A DNA stretch of 61,347 nt from an uncultured Candidatus Saccharibacteria bacterium (GCA_964646515.1 CAZYES010000002.1:1-61347), one strand, 5' to 3'; positions 45,106-56,072 are shown, counted from the first letter of the stretch. Translations and numbers: made by a program. Notes: generated by a model from the sequence alone, not told the origin.

Positions 45106-45942
45106 TTATACACATTTTGCAATTTCTAGCCATTTTTCTAGTGATATATCCTCTGGTCTGCTTTTTGGGTCCAAATTTAACCTTAACCAATGGGCTTCTA
45201 ACTTTTTTCTATCGGCGATGATTTCGAGATTTCTGATAGCGTACTTGCGTTTATGTGCGAATCCTGATTTGACGACCGCGAAGAATTTTTTTATTTCCAT
45301 ATGGTTGTCAACGAATATTTTGTCGCTTATGTCGGCGATAGAAAGAATGGCAGAATCAACATTTGGCGGTGGCGTAAATGCTCCTTTCGGTACGTTTTTA
45401 ATGATTTTTGGTGTGCCAAATGCTTTGACTGATATAGATAGCACGCTTTCTTTTTTGTCGCGGGCCACGATACGATCGGCGACTTCCTTTTGGACAAGCA
45501 GAATCATTCTGGTGGGCCTCGGTTTGTTTTCTAGGAATTTTTCCAAAATAGCGCCAGTAATATAGTAAGGAATATTTGCGACAACAGCGTACTTAGAATC
45601 AATTATCTTGAATGATTGTTCGATAGATTCTGACTTATCGTCTGATGTTATTTTGTCGCTCAGTATATCGCCAGGTATCAGTTCTAGCTGTTTTGTATTT
45701 ATTTCCCTAAAGAATTTTTCTTTTAGTAGCTCGCATATTTCCCGGTCTTTTTCTATGGCCAGAACTTTCGCTCCACTTTCGAGTAGCGCTGTAGTCAAAA
45801 CGCCAGTACCAGGGCCAATTTCTAGTATCAACTCGCCCCTTTTGACGTTAGCCGCTGAAATGATTTGACCAAGAACGATTCTTGAATTTAAGAAATGTTG
45901 CCCCAACGTTTTTTTCGCTTTTATTTTGATTTTTTGTGGCAT
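45106..45942 (-). CDS. rsmA: 16S rRNA (adenine1518/1519-N6)-dimethyltransferase RsmA/KsgA
   Basis: LGQHFL, the SAM motif ILEIGPGTGVLT, and NIPYYIT. Confidence 0.9.
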   Translation of the reverse strand: MPQKIKIKAKKTLGQHFLNSRIVLGQIISAANVKRGELILEIGPGTGVLTTALLESGAKVLAIEKDREICELLKEKFFREINTKQLELIPGDILSDKITSDDKSESIEQSFKIIDSKYAVVANIPYYITGAILEKFLENKPRPTRMILLVQKEVADRIVARDKKESVLSISVKAFGTPKIIKNVPKGAFTPPPNVDSAILSIADISDKIFVDNHMEIKKFFAVVKSGFAHKRKYAIRNLEIIADRKKLEAHWLRLNLDPKSRPEDISLEKWLEIAKCV

Positions 45943-45982
45943 GAAGTTATTTTTTGTCGCGGGTTATCTCACGAGCCAGTGG

Positions 45983-47932
45983 TCAAAAATCGATGAATAT
46001 TGCTTTGGCACCGCTTGGTTTTTCTTGAGGCGTGTCGTCAATCAATATTTTTTCAATATCCTCAATAAATTCCGAGGGGGTGTTCACCCTTTGTGCGCCG
46101 TATATTGTGCGAATCATGGCGTAACTGAGATACACCTTCTTTTTAGCACGAGTTAGCGCAACATAAAAGAGACGTCGTTCCTCTTCCTCTTCTGATTGGT
46201 CAATATTTTTCTCATCTATATGTTTGAATGGGAAAAGATCCTGTTCCATTCCAGCAATGAAAACATGTTTAAATTCAAGGCCTTTCGAGGCGTGTACGGT
46301 CATTAGTTTTACCGCGTTTTCTTCTTTTGTCAGATCGTCTTGGTCAGTTGCCAATGCCGCATTGTCTAGTAATGCATCGATATATTTTGGTCCTGCTGAC
46401 TCTGAGCTTGGATTGTCATATTGTGTGGCCACCGAGACAAGCTCGCGAATGTTCAACAGTTGTTCTTCGTCCGCACTATCCCCTTTTTGTAGCGCTCTTT
46501 CCATGCCAGTCTCTTGGATTACGAATTTTACGACTTCTGATGGCATCTTTTCGAATATTTCTTTTTTTATATCATCCAAGAGTTTCCAAAAGTTTTTGAT
46601 TTTTTCTCTTATCGCTAGAGAGAGTAGGTCTTCTCTGCCAGACATGATTTTGGCGATGGTTGCTTTTCCTATGCCTCGACTTGGTGTGTTGATGATGCGA
46701 CTGATGTCATTCCACGATTCCCTATTCAGGGCCGCCCGTATGTATGAGAGCACGTCCTTGATTTCTTTCCTTTCGAAAAAACGTATTCCAACTAGTTGGT
46801 AGGGAATATTTTTCTTGATGAATGACTCTTCCAATAATCTCGATTGGAAGTTTGCGCGATATAGTACGGCGATCTCTCTTGGCGATTCGCCATTTTCGAC
46901 CAATGATCTTGATATATCAGCAATTGTGCGGGCTTCGTCAACGTCGGTGTATGAGATAATTAGAGATATCTTTTCTCCCTGGTCGTTATCAGTATACAAA
47001 GTCTTCTTTTTTCTCATGGTGTTTTTTTCTATGACATTATTGGCTGCCGCCAGTATTGTTTTGGTAGAACGGTAGTTTTTTTCAAGAGTAATCACCGTCG
47101 CTTCCGGGTAGTCTTTCTCGAAGTCCAATATATTTTTGATTGTTGCTCCACGCCAGCTGTATATATTCTGATCAGCATCACCCACGACGCAAATATTTTT
47201 ATGTGATTCTGCCAAATATTTTGCGATTTTATATTGTACGCGGTTCGTATCCTGATATTCGTCAACGTGTATATATTTCCAGATGTCAGAGTAACGTTCT
47301 CTAATAGTTTTATTTTTTTCGAAGAGTAAAGCCGTCTTTAATAGTAGGTCGTCGAAATCTAGCGCTTTTTCTTTGGCAAGAATATTGTCATATTTCTGCC
47401 AAATCTGTGCCACGGTTTCTTGGATATAGTCTTTGGCGCTGTCGGAGTATTCGATCTGATTCAAACTTTCGCCCTTGGCACGGGATATCATATTTAGTAC
47501 TACGCCAGGCTCGAATTTTTTTGGGTCCACGGAGCACTGCGTCATGCTTTCTTTGATTGCTCGACGTGAGTCATTGCGGTCGAATATTGTAAAATGGCGA
47601 TTTAGACCGAGAAATTCTGCGTTTTCGCGTATGATATGTACGCCCAAAGCATGGAAAGTACTTATAAACGGTCTTTCATTTATGGAAATTGGCAGATTCA
47701 ATCTAGTGTCTTCGCTCAAAAGTATTGAGACTCTTTCCTTCATCTCCTTGGCGGCTTTATTGGTGAAAGTTATTGCCAAAATAGATTGGGGTGGTATGCC
47801 TTTCCTGATCAAATTGAGAATACGATGGGTTATTACTTTAGTCTTTCCTGCCCCAGCGCCAGCAATGATCAAAACTGGACCGTTTGTTGTCTCGACAGCT
47901 TTTTTTTGTGCTTCATTTAGCAATGTCATCAA
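45983..47932 (-). CDS. pcrA: UvrD/PcrA-family ATP-dependent DNA helicase
   Basis: AGAGAGKTKVITHRI, VDEYQDTN, TVHASKGLEF, and YVALTRAKK. Confidence 0.9.
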   Translation of the reverse strand: MMTLLNEAQKKAVETTNGPVLIIAGAGAGKTKVITHRILNLIRKGIPPQSILAITFTNKAAKEMKERVSILLSEDTRLNLPISINERPFISTFHALGVHIIRENAEFLGLNRHFTIFDRNDSRRAIKESMTQCSVDPKKFEPGVVLNMISRAKGESLNQIEYSDSAKDYIQETVAQIWQKYDNILAKEKALDFDDLLLKTALLFEKNKTIRERYSDIWKYIHVDEYQDTNRVQYKIAKYLAESHKNICVVGDADQNIYSWRGATIKNILDFEKDYPEATVITLEKNYRSTKTILAAANNVIEKNTMRKKKTLYTDNDQGEKISLIISYTDVDEARTIADISRSLVENGESPREIAVLYRANFQSRLLEESFIKKNIPYQLVGIRFFERKEIKDVLSYIRAALNRESWNDISRIINTPSRGIGKATIAKIMSGREDLLSLAIREKIKNFWKLLDDIKKEIFEKMPSEVVKFVIQETGMERALQKGDSADEEQLLNIRELVSVATQYDNPSSESAGPKYIDALLDNAALATDQDDLTKEENAVKLMTVHASKGLEFKHVFIAGMEQDLFPFKHIDEKNIDQSEEEEERRLFYVALTRAKKKVYLSYAMIRTIYGAQRVNTPSEFIEDIEKILIDDTPQEKPSGAKAIFIDF

Positions 47933-48179
47933 GCCAGTCTAGCATACATTATTTGGTCATTATTATGATAAAAAAGTTTGTCCATATATCGATGTCATAT
48001 AGTTTGACAATATAGCAAATAAGTTAGTCCCATAAAATAGTTGTTGACAATAAAATACCGACTGCTACCCTGAATAGATGCCATAATGATGTGATACCAT
48101 TATATGGCTAATTATAGCCTTTTGTTATGTGTAGCGTTCAATACGGCAAGGTAGAGAGATATTATGGAAGTATTGCGGA

Positions 48180-49265
48180 ATGATACAAAATGTTATGAAA
48201 TATGTAACCTCAAATAAAAATCAATACCGTGGTTTTCCTAAGCGTATGGTCATATCGACCATCATTTCTATTGCTATAGTTATTTTCATATTTACTTTCT
48301 CAAGGACCGCTCATGCCGGTCTTATTTCATTTGTGAACTCTCTGTTTGGCAGTGAGCAGGCATCCGCTAGAATCGGTGACAATGTTGGCAATACATTAAA
48401 TTCACAAACTATTGCTCTGCTTGCGCCAGCTGTTAATCATGAGCCAAACCCAGAAAAATCCACAGAGATTGTGCCTATTGACGACGGTAAAGCATTGGTT
48501 GCTGATTTGGCTAGTCAAAATGTAGCGAGTCTTGATAATTATAGTACGCAGATTAGCACTTATGTCGTTCGTAACGGTGATACTATCTCCGGAGTGGCTA
48601 AGATGTTCGATGTGTCAGTTAGCACGGTCTTGTGGGCAAACAATCTGACGAGCAAATCTGTCCTAAAGGCTGGACAGACTTTGGTTATATTACCTATATC
48701 TGGTGTTAATTATACAGTGAAAAAGGGAGATACTTTGAGAGGAATTGCTAATAAATATGACGCCGATATTATCGATGTGCTTAATTATAATGACCTGACT
48801 ATTTCTTCTCCGATTGTAGTTGGACAGAATCTCATTATCCCCTATGCTGAGCCTTTGGCGGGTGATAAGGTATTGCCGTCTGTGTCTTCTGGAAGTACAA
48901 AACTTGCCAAAGCGCCAGACAAATATTATCTTAGGCCCATTAGTAGTGGCCGAGTAAGCCAAAAACTTCATGGCCACAATGCTATAGACTTCGCCTCTCC
49001 AGTTGGCACCGCAATAATGGCCTCTGCTTCTGGTACGATTATTATCGATAGAATGAACGGTGCTTATAATGGCGGATATGGTAACTATGTAGTTATCTCT
49101 CATCCAAATGGTACCCAGACTCTTTATGCGCATATGTCCAAGAGTACAGTTTCAGCAGGTCAAGTAGTTTCACAGGGTGAAGTTATTGGTTATATAGGTA
49201 TGACAGGCAGAACTACTGGTCCACATCTACATTTTGAGATTCGCGGTGCCCAAAACCCATTCTAG
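48180..49265 (+). CDS. LysM-repeat M23-family peptidoglycan endopeptidase
   Basis: Two LysM modules (YVVRNGDTISGVAKMF and YTVKKGDTLRGIANKY). M23 motifs HNAIDF and GPHLHFEIR. Confidence 0.85.
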   Translation: MIQNVMKYVTSNKNQYRGFPKRMVISTIISIAIVIFIFTFSRTAHAGLISFVNSLFGSEQASARIGDNVGNTLNSQTIALLAPAVNHEPNPEKSTEIVPIDDGKALVADLASQNVASLDNYSTQISTYVVRNGDTISGVAKMFDVSVSTVLWANNLTSKSVLKAGQTLVILPISGVNYTVKKGDTLRGIANKYDADIIDVLNYNDLTISSPIVVGQNLIIPYAEPLAGDKVLPSVSSGSTKLAKAPDKYYLRPISSGRVSQKLHGHNAIDFASPVGTAIMASASGTIIIDRMNGAYNGGYGNYVVISHPNGTQTLYAHMSKSTVSAGQVVSQGEVIGYIGMTGRTTGPHLHFEIRGAQNPF

Positions 49266-50795
49266 CTAGATTGGTTTCTGCTTATATTGTAAAGCCTCGA
49301 GTATGTGTTCTTTCCTAACAGAACTTGCTTTTGCCAGATCGGCTATTGTCTGTGCCACTTTTATCACTCGGTGAAAAGCTCTACCTGATAGTTCAAATTT
49401 TTTTGCCGATAATGTAAGTAGCGATCTTGCCTCGTCCTCCATGGTTACACATTTTTCGATATCCCCGACGTTCATTTCACTGTTGAACGATTTGGCGATT
49501 TCGTGAGATTTGAATTTTTGTAATTGGATTTTTCTAGCTACCATTACCCTCTCTTTGATCTGCTCTGAACTTTCTGCCGTAGACGATTTCTCTGCTAGTT
49601 TTTCGTAATCAATTTTGTTTATGTTTAGCCAAATATCCAACCGGTCCATGATTGGACCGGAAATCTTACGTCGATATGATCCGATAATATGTTCGGGACA
49701 AGTACAACCTTTTTCTCTATCTTTTCCGCAGGGGCAAGGGTTCATGGAAGCTATCAGTATGCATTGTGCCGGAAAGGTGATCGTGCCACGCGCTCTGGAT
49801 ATTGTCACGACCCCGTCTTCTAATGGCTGTCGCATTGCCTCAAGTACGCTTCGATCAAATTCTGGAAATTCATCCATGAATAAAACACCGCGGTGAGCTA
49901 GGGTTATTTCCCCCGGTCTGGGTAATCTGCCCCCACCAACGATCGATGGATATGAAGCTGTATGATGTGGGGCGCGAAAAGGCGGGTAGGCCATCAGGTC
50001 TTCTCTCAGTGTTTTTGCTACAGAATGTATGCTTGTAACTTCCACAGATTGTTCATAAGAAAGCGGTGGTAGTATAGAAGAAAAACTCTGTGCCAGCATT
50101 GTTTTACCGGTGCCCGGCGGTCCACACATGATAATGTTGTGGGCACCAGCGGCTGCTATTTCTAGCCCTCTTTTTGCCGTTTCATTGCCACGGATAGTGC
50201 TCATATCCACGAATGGTGTCTTTGTATTATTTTCTATCACCGAACGGACGTTGATTGGTTTTATTCTTTTTTCTCCTTTCAAATGTGCTATGACTTCTGC
50301 CAGAGATGATATGGCGAATGTAGAGATGTTTTGCGCTAGAGAGGCCTCGTTGGCATTATGCAAAGGGATGAAGGCCTGAGTGAAACCATGCGCACTTGCT
50401 TGACAGAGTATAGGCAAGATTCCACTTACTTTGTTTACTTTGCCCTCCAGGGACAATTCTCCTAGAAACAGTTTTCTTTCGTGATCGAACTCGATATCAC
50501 CAGAGGCGACTAGATAGGCCAAGGCCATTGCTAGATCAAAAGACGGACCCTCTTTGCGGACGTCGGCTGGCGCCAAAGAGATGACCACTTTTTGGTTTTT
50601 TTGTTTTGGGGAAACATAGCCGGTATTTTTTATTGCGGCCGCAATGCGGTCTTTTGATTCTTCAACGGCCCGGTCGCCTAGTCCAACTACAGAAAATGAA
50701 TGCAAACCATTTGCAATATCTACCTCGACCTCAATTATTTCGGATTGTAGGCCAACCAATTGTGCGCTGTATGATTTTGCGATACTCACGGGCAC
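49266..50795 (-). CDS. comM: YifB/ComM-family Mg-chelatase-like AAA+ protein
   Basis: GPPGTGKTMLA, LFMDEFPEF, and MNPCPCG. Confidence 0.9.
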   Translation of the reverse strand: MPVSIAKSYSAQLVGLQSEIIEVEVDIANGLHSFSVVGLGDRAVEESKDRIAAAIKNTGYVSPKQKNQKVVISLAPADVRKEGPSFDLAMALAYLVASGDIEFDHERKLFLGELSLEGKVNKVSGILPILCQASAHGFTQAFIPLHNANEASLAQNISTFAISSLAEVIAHLKGEKRIKPINVRSVIENNTKTPFVDMSTIRGNETAKRGLEIAAAGAHNIIMCGPPGTGKTMLAQSFSSILPPLSYEQSVEVTSIHSVAKTLREDLMAYPPFRAPHHTASYPSIVGGGRLPRPGEITLAHRGVLFMDEFPEFDRSVLEAMRQPLEDGVVTISRARGTITFPAQCILIASMNPCPCGKDREKGCTCPEHIIGSYRRKISGPIMDRLDIWLNINKIDYEKLAEKSSTAESSEQIKERVMVARKIQLQKFKSHEIAKSFNSEMNVGDIEKCVTMEDEARSLLTLSAKKFELSGRAFHRVIKVAQTIADLAKASSVRKEHILEALQYKQKPI

Positions 50796-50890
50796 ACTCT
50801 ATCAAGCCAAGATAAAATTATGATAAAAAAATAATCAACTTTTGATAAAAAAAGATTAAAACCGTTGGGGGCTATATACTTTTTGTCTCT

Positions 50891-51259
50891 CTACTGATTG
50901 TGAGGATGTTTTATGGATACTTTTGCTGATGGATTTGCCTCTAAACGCTCTTTCTCTATAGGTTTACCGCAGGTCTCACATATTCCGTAAGTTTTTTTGT
51001 CGATTTTGTCTAGCGCTTTCTGTACTTCGTTCAGTTGATTCTCAAGTTGGTTCAAAATAGTTTTGTTTCCTTCCAACTCCTCTAGTTTGTCAGCCAGCTC
51101 ATTTTCATCAGCTGTGTCTACTTCGATGTCTTTGGTACTAGCGTCCCAGTCATTTGGATTATTGGGGTTCTTTTGGCCAATACTAGCCAACTCTTCTTCT
51201 AGTTCAGTTTTTTCGGCCAGGAGTTTATTTTTGAAATATTCTAGATCTTTTGCATTCAT
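50891..51259 (-). CDS. DksA/TraR-type coiled-coil protein with a degenerate zinc finger (one CxxC)
   Basis: A long acidic coiled coil, then YGICETCGKPIEKERLEANP. The second Cys pair is absent. Confidence 0.6.
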   Translation of the reverse strand: MNAKDLEYFKNKLLAEKTELEEELASIGQKNPNNPNDWDASTKDIEVDTADENELADKLEELEGNKTILNQLENQLNEVQKALDKIDKKTYGICETCGKPIEKERLEANPSAKVSIKHPHNQ

Positions 51260-51268
51260 GTCTGTATT

Positions 51269-52969
51269 TTAGCGCATGAAAGATTGTTTTTCAAGCCGTG
51301 TCAGTATTTCTATAAGAGCCGATTCGCTTCCAGTAATCACAAGCTTAGAATTGTCGATGAATGAATATAAGAAAAGCATTCTGCCGTTATCAGTGATAAA
51401 TTCTCTGACATCTCTATTTTTTATGAGGCGATCTTTGAATTGCCCGCGTAGAGTTAGATATGGTTGAGTTGCATCGCTGATTATCTCAATTGTTGATGTT
51501 GCTTGCATAGTAGAAGTTGGTGTTTCTAGCTGTCTTGGCTTTGTTGTTGTTGTGTTTGTTTCACTCATATTAACACTGTTGGTTGCTGTGGTTGGCAAAA
51601 TCGAACCCAAGTTGTTAAGAAAACTGCCCATGTTGATGTTGGTTGTTGTCATGTTTGCAGTCGGAGTAGTATTTGCGGGAGGATTGGTCAACAGATATTG
51701 TTTGAGGTCATTTACCATCATTGGTTCCCATTGCAACATGCCAGCGAAAGCATTTTGGAAGAAATTGTTAGTTACAATTATAAAGACACTTTTTTGATCG
51801 TTTGCGTTGTTATATACACCGAGCATCCATTCGGCAGTAAGTGATCGAAGCAAAATATCAGGAACGTCAATATCCAACAGCTTGACCATCTCTGGTCCGG
51901 TTACTCTTACTACTTGTTCCTGGTTTTTGCCTTCACTGCTTTTGATGGTTTCGGTTAGGACTATTTCTTTTATGCTATTACCCGGCATGATCTTGTCTAC
52001 TTCGGCCTGAATTTTTGAAATTAGTGTATTGTGGCTAGTATTGTCTATAGGTAACAGGACCTGGACATCAGAAGAGACTATAGGGGCCACCGTCTGTTGT
52101 TGGCCTTCTGGCACTTTCGCCGATGGGTATAACGGACTTATAGTGTACAGGTAATATGCTCCTATTATTCCTCCTACAATCATAATGAGACTCAATAATG
52201 TTATGATTATTTTTTTCAAGGCCAACGAAGATTGTTTGTTGGTTATAGATTCTTTTATATTATCTTCTGATACGATATTTCTGTCTACGGCTTTTTCACT
52301 TTCGGCGATGACCATGGAAGCAACAGATGCTTTCTTATTAGACATGATTTTGGCCACGTCGCTTTCATATGTGCGTATTGGTTTTATCGCGGAAGCATCC
52401 ATGGTGCTCTTGTCTATTCTGATTTTCGGTTGGGCCTTTTGGCCGTTTTTCGAAATCTCGGGTGGAATTATTGCTGATATAGCAGATTGCAAATCCCCCT
52501 TTGCGTCTGCCTTGTCAAATTTTTCTTGATGGAGTGTGCCTATAGTTTTTGCTGGTGGGCTTGCTGGCTGATTTCTTGTTGTTCCAGATGCCTGATTTGT
52601 TGGAGTGATGTTTATTGATGGTGACGGAACACTTTGTTGCGGTATTGTTTTTTCTATTTGTGTCGGATTTTTGGGTACTGATAGATCTGACTGGACAAAG
52701 GTGTTTTCATTTTGGGGTTTTTGTTGGACCGTCTGTTTTTCCTCTGGTGATATTTGACCGACCTCTGGTATGGTACTTGTATATTCTATATCTGTGATGG
52801 GAGAAATGTTCAGGTCTGGAGAAATATCAAAAATACGCTCTCGTGGGATGTTTCCCTCTTTGGCTTGTGCGCCGTTGTCATCTTGTCCGGATGTTGCTGA
52901 TTGTGGTTGATTTATTTTGTCATCATCCATTTGTGTATCATTATAACCTATAGTTTTATTTCCGCCCAC
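51269..52969 (-). CDS. hypothetical single-pass membrane protein
   Basis: 566 aa. Disordered Q/P/T-rich N-terminus, a TM helix (IIITLLSLIMIVGGIIGAYYLY), and a C-terminal domain. GTG start; an alternative ATG lies at 52930. Confidence 0.5.
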   Translation of the reverse strand: MGGNKTIGYNDTQMDDDKINQPQSATSGQDDNGAQAKEGNIPRERIFDISPDLNISPITDIEYTSTIPEVGQISPEEKQTVQQKPQNENTFVQSDLSVPKNPTQIEKTIPQQSVPSPSINITPTNQASGTTRNQPASPPAKTIGTLHQEKFDKADAKGDLQSAISAIIPPEISKNGQKAQPKIRIDKSTMDASAIKPIRTYESDVAKIMSNKKASVASMVIAESEKAVDRNIVSEDNIKESITNKQSSLALKKIIITLLSLIMIVGGIIGAYYLYTISPLYPSAKVPEGQQQTVAPIVSSDVQVLLPIDNTSHNTLISKIQAEVDKIMPGNSIKEIVLTETIKSSEGKNQEQVVRVTGPEMVKLLDIDVPDILLRSLTAEWMLGVYNNANDQKSVFIIVTNNFFQNAFAGMLQWEPMMVNDLKQYLLTNPPANTTPTANMTTTNINMGSFLNNLGSILPTTATNSVNMSETNTTTTKPRQLETPTSTMQATSTIEIISDATQPYLTLRGQFKDRLIKNRDVREFITDNGRMLFLYSFIDNSKLVITGSESALIEILTRLEKQSFMR

Positions 52970-52974
52970 ATAAC

Positions 52975-53006
52975 AAACAAGATATTACGGCAGTAATATC
53001 TTGTTT
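52975..53006 (-). terminator. 14-bp perfect hairpin downstream of pnp
   Basis: AAACAAGATATTAC GGCA GTAATATCTTGTTT, between the pnp stop (53032) and the next start (52969). Confidence 0.6.
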
Positions 53007-53031
53007 GATCTTGTATGTAATAGTCACTTTT

Positions 53032-55173
53032 TTAGAATCTTTTATTGGAATTACTTCTTGGCCTCGGTGTTTCTTCTCTTTTTTTGAAGAAGTTTGGATC
53101 GGCCTGTTTGATGGATAGGTTGATTCTTCCCTTTTCGTCGATTTCTTTTACTACGACTGGTACCTTATCACCTTCTTTCATATATGTTTCTACTCTTTCT
53201 ACTCTAAAGGGAGCAATCTCGGAAACGTGTACCAATCCCTCTGCATTGTGGCCGATCCTGACGAATGCGCCGAAATCCATTAGACGTACGACTTCGCCGT
53301 CGAATTTTTCTCCAGGCATATATTCACGAGTCATGTTATATATGATCTCCTTCGCTTTTGCCGCTGTTTCGTTCTTACCTGTAATGAATATCGTGCCGTC
53401 GTCTTCTATGGTGATGTCTTCGACGTGTGTTACGTCACGAATCTCATTGATTGTTTTGCCACCAGTACCGATGACGAGGCCGATCTGATCTGGCTTGATT
53501 TTCATGGTTATTATTTCTGGCGCGTTTGGTGATATTTTTTCTCTTGGAGCGGAAATCTCTTTCTCTATAATGTCGAGTATTTTCAATCGGGCTGTTTTTG
53601 CTTTTTCGAACGCTTCTCTGAGAATATTTAGAGTGATTCCACCAACCTTGATATCCATTTGTACGGCTGTGATTCCGTTCCTAGTACCAGCGACCTTAAA
53701 ATCCATGTCGCCATGATGGTCTTCCGGTCCTTGAATGTCGGTAAGTATTTTGTATTCTTCCGGACTACGCATCATGAGGCCAGAAGCGATGCCTGCAACT
53801 GGCGCTTTTATCGGTACGCCACCGTCCATCAATGCCAAAGTGGAGCCACAGACTGACCCCATTGAAGTGGATCCGTTTGAAGCCAATGCTTCAGAAACGA
53901 GGCGAATAGTATATGGAAATTTGTCTTTTTCTGGAATAACTGGCAATAAGGCTTTTTCCGCTAATGCACCATGCCCTATCATTCTTCTATTTGTTCCGCC
54001 CATTCTACCAGTTTCTCCTGTTGAAAATGGTGGGAAATTGTAATGGTGCATGAATCTTTTGTTTTCTTGAACCGTGAGGCCGTCGATTATGAGTGCGTCA
54101 CCAGGTGAGCCCAGGGTTAATGTTGAAAGTATATGTGTTCCACCACGGAAAAATATTCCTGAGCCATGAAGTATTGGAGATATCCCCCCGGCTTTGGCAA
54201 AAAGAGGGCGGATTTCATCCATCTTTCTGCCATCGGGACGTTTTTGATTGTCGATTGCTTCGTTGTGAATGAGTTCGTTTACTGCTTCCTCAAATATTTC
54301 CATAGCCATGCCAATATTTCCTTCGGGTATTTTTTCTGTGAAGGTTGTTATCCAGTGGCCTGTGATCTCTTCAAGTTTTTTCTTGCCCGGTTCGCCACTC
54401 ATGACGAATTTTTTCAGTTTTGGTTCGATCTCTTTTATGAATAGCTCTTTTGTACCTGGAGTTATCTCTGGCAGTGGAACTTTGATCTTCTTTTTCCCAA
54501 TATCAGCGATGATCTTTTTTTGCCAAACTTGTATTTTCTCTATTTCTTCTGATGCTAGAGCTAATGCTTCATTCACTAGATTTTCTCCAGCCTCTTTACT
54601 GGCCACTTCGATCATGTTGATCATATTGTCTTTACCGCAGGCAACCATATCTAATATTACGGCGGCCTCTTCACGAGCCTTAAAATCAGGATTTACCAAC
54701 CAGTTGCTATTTTTGCCAATTCTTACGGCCGAAACGGGGCCATTCCATGGGATATCTGAAGTCCCTAATGCCAAAGAAGCGGCGATAACTGATATCACGT
54801 CTGGATCATCTTGGTCGATTGAAAGTGTTGTCAAGACGACCTGTACTTCATTTCTTGTCTTTTGATTGAACAGGGGTCGAATAGTACGATCTACGATACG
54901 GCCAGATAGAATGGCTTCGGTGGAAGGCCTTCCCTCTCGGCGCATAAATCTAGATCCAAGGATCTTTCCGGTGGCGTAGAATCTTTCCTCATAATCAACT
55001 GTAAGAGGAAAGTAGTCGCTTTCCTTGGGTTCTTTTCCCATAACAGCAGTTGCCAAAACAACGGTATTGCCATAACGAACCATTACCGATCCGTTGGTTT
55101 GGTCGGCTAGATCATTGAATTCTGCGGATAAAATTTTATCGCCGATCTCTAACGTGTATTCTTTTTTATTCAT
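53032..55173 (-). CDS. pnp: polyribonucleotide nucleotidyltransferase (PNPase)
   Basis: Two RNase PH domains, a KH domain (GKTINEI) and an S1 domain (GEKFDGEVVRLMDFGAFVRI). Confidence 0.95.
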   Translation of the reverse strand: MNKKEYTLEIGDKILSAEFNDLADQTNGSVMVRYGNTVVLATAVMGKEPKESDYFPLTVDYEERFYATGKILGSRFMRREGRPSTEAILSGRIVDRTIRPLFNQKTRNEVQVVLTTLSIDQDDPDVISVIAASLALGTSDIPWNGPVSAVRIGKNSNWLVNPDFKAREEAAVILDMVACGKDNMINMIEVASKEAGENLVNEALALASEEIEKIQVWQKKIIADIGKKKIKVPLPEITPGTKELFIKEIEPKLKKFVMSGEPGKKKLEEITGHWITTFTEKIPEGNIGMAMEIFEEAVNELIHNEAIDNQKRPDGRKMDEIRPLFAKAGGISPILHGSGIFFRGGTHILSTLTLGSPGDALIIDGLTVQENKRFMHHYNFPPFSTGETGRMGGTNRRMIGHGALAEKALLPVIPEKDKFPYTIRLVSEALASNGSTSMGSVCGSTLALMDGGVPIKAPVAGIASGLMMRSPEEYKILTDIQGPEDHHGDMDFKVAGTRNGITAVQMDIKVGGITLNILREAFEKAKTARLKILDIIEKEISAPREKISPNAPEIITMKIKPDQIGLVIGTGGKTINEIRDVTHVEDITIEDDGTIFITGKNETAAKAKEIIYNMTREYMPGEKFDGEVVRLMDFGAFVRIGHNAEGLVHVSEIAPFRVERVETYMKEGDKVPVVVKEIDEKGRINLSIKQADPNFFKKREETPRPRSNSNKRF

Positions 55174-55231
55174 TTTTATGTGAAAACAGTTTATGAACTT
55201 GTGTTCTTTTGTCTGTATTTCGATTAGTGTT

Positions 55232-55291
55232 CGCCGCCAGATTTCAGACTTGGTCCGCTACGATGCGGACAAACCTGTGTATCTGCCGGCG
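55232..55291 (-). promoter_or_regulatory. long GC-rich stem-loop in the pnp 5' leader
   Basis: The outer stem pairs 55232-55242 with 55281-55291 (10 of 11 bp). The inner hairpin is GTCCGC TACGAT GCGGAC (55253-55270). It lies about 60 nt upstream of the pnp ATG. Confidence 0.5.
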
Positions 55292-55448
55292 AAAGTGACT
55301 ATAATAAAGTACTTCTAACGAAGTCAATGTAACATATGGCCATTAGTTTTGACAACATTTGACTAGGCCAACTGGTTTTTTCACTTTGTTGGTAGTTTCT
55401 TATTTCCCGTCACTTGACCCGAGAGAAATCTTTTTTTCATATACATTT

Positions 55449-55967
55449 TTATTTTTTACCTCCCCTGAGCAAGTATTTGTTTGAGTTATCATCCAAGTCC
55501 ATGAAATGGTCAGTGGCTTCTATAAGTTTTGCAGAGGTAGATTTACCGAATGAAGCCACTTCTACTTGGCAACCTTGATTCATTTGCAAGTATTCTACTA
55601 ATGGCACAAAGTCTCCATCTCCTGTCAAAAGGATAACGGCATCGAGCTTTGGGGCCAGACGAAGAGCGTCAACGGCCATTCCCACATCCCAGTCGGCTTT
55701 TTTCGCGCCAGAGCTGAATATTTGAAGATCTTTGACCTTGGTTTCGATGCCCATTTTGGTCAACGCTTCAAAGAAAGCTGTTTCTTCGCCTGATTCTGTG
55801 GATATAACGTAGGCTACGGCTCTCACGAGTTTACGCCCATCTAGAGCATCTTTTACTATGGCGCCGAAATTTACTTTGGAATGATATAAATTTTTACCAC
55901 TATGATACAGATTTTGCGCATCTATGAAAATGCCGACGCGCTGTTCCTTGTGTTTTATTACTGACAT
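55449..55967 (-). CDS. NYN-domain (LabA/DUF88-like) putative RNase
   Basis: VGIFIDAQNLYHS...DWDVGMAVDAL...LLTGDGDFVPLVEYL. Confidence 0.75.
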   Translation of the reverse strand: MSVIKHKEQRVGIFIDAQNLYHSGKNLYHSKVNFGAIVKDALDGRKLVRAVAYVISTESGEETAFFEALTKMGIETKVKDLQIFSSGAKKADWDVGMAVDALRLAPKLDAVILLTGDGDFVPLVEYLQMNQGCQVEVASFGKSTSAKLIEATDHFMDLDDNSNKYLLRGGKK

Positions 55968-56072
55968 AAAAATTAACTGATTATTATTAAAAATATCTAA
56001 CTACAAGTATACTATGTTCTCGCTGTTACCGCGAAAATTTAATAACTGAAACCACGAGAAAAGATGTGGCGG

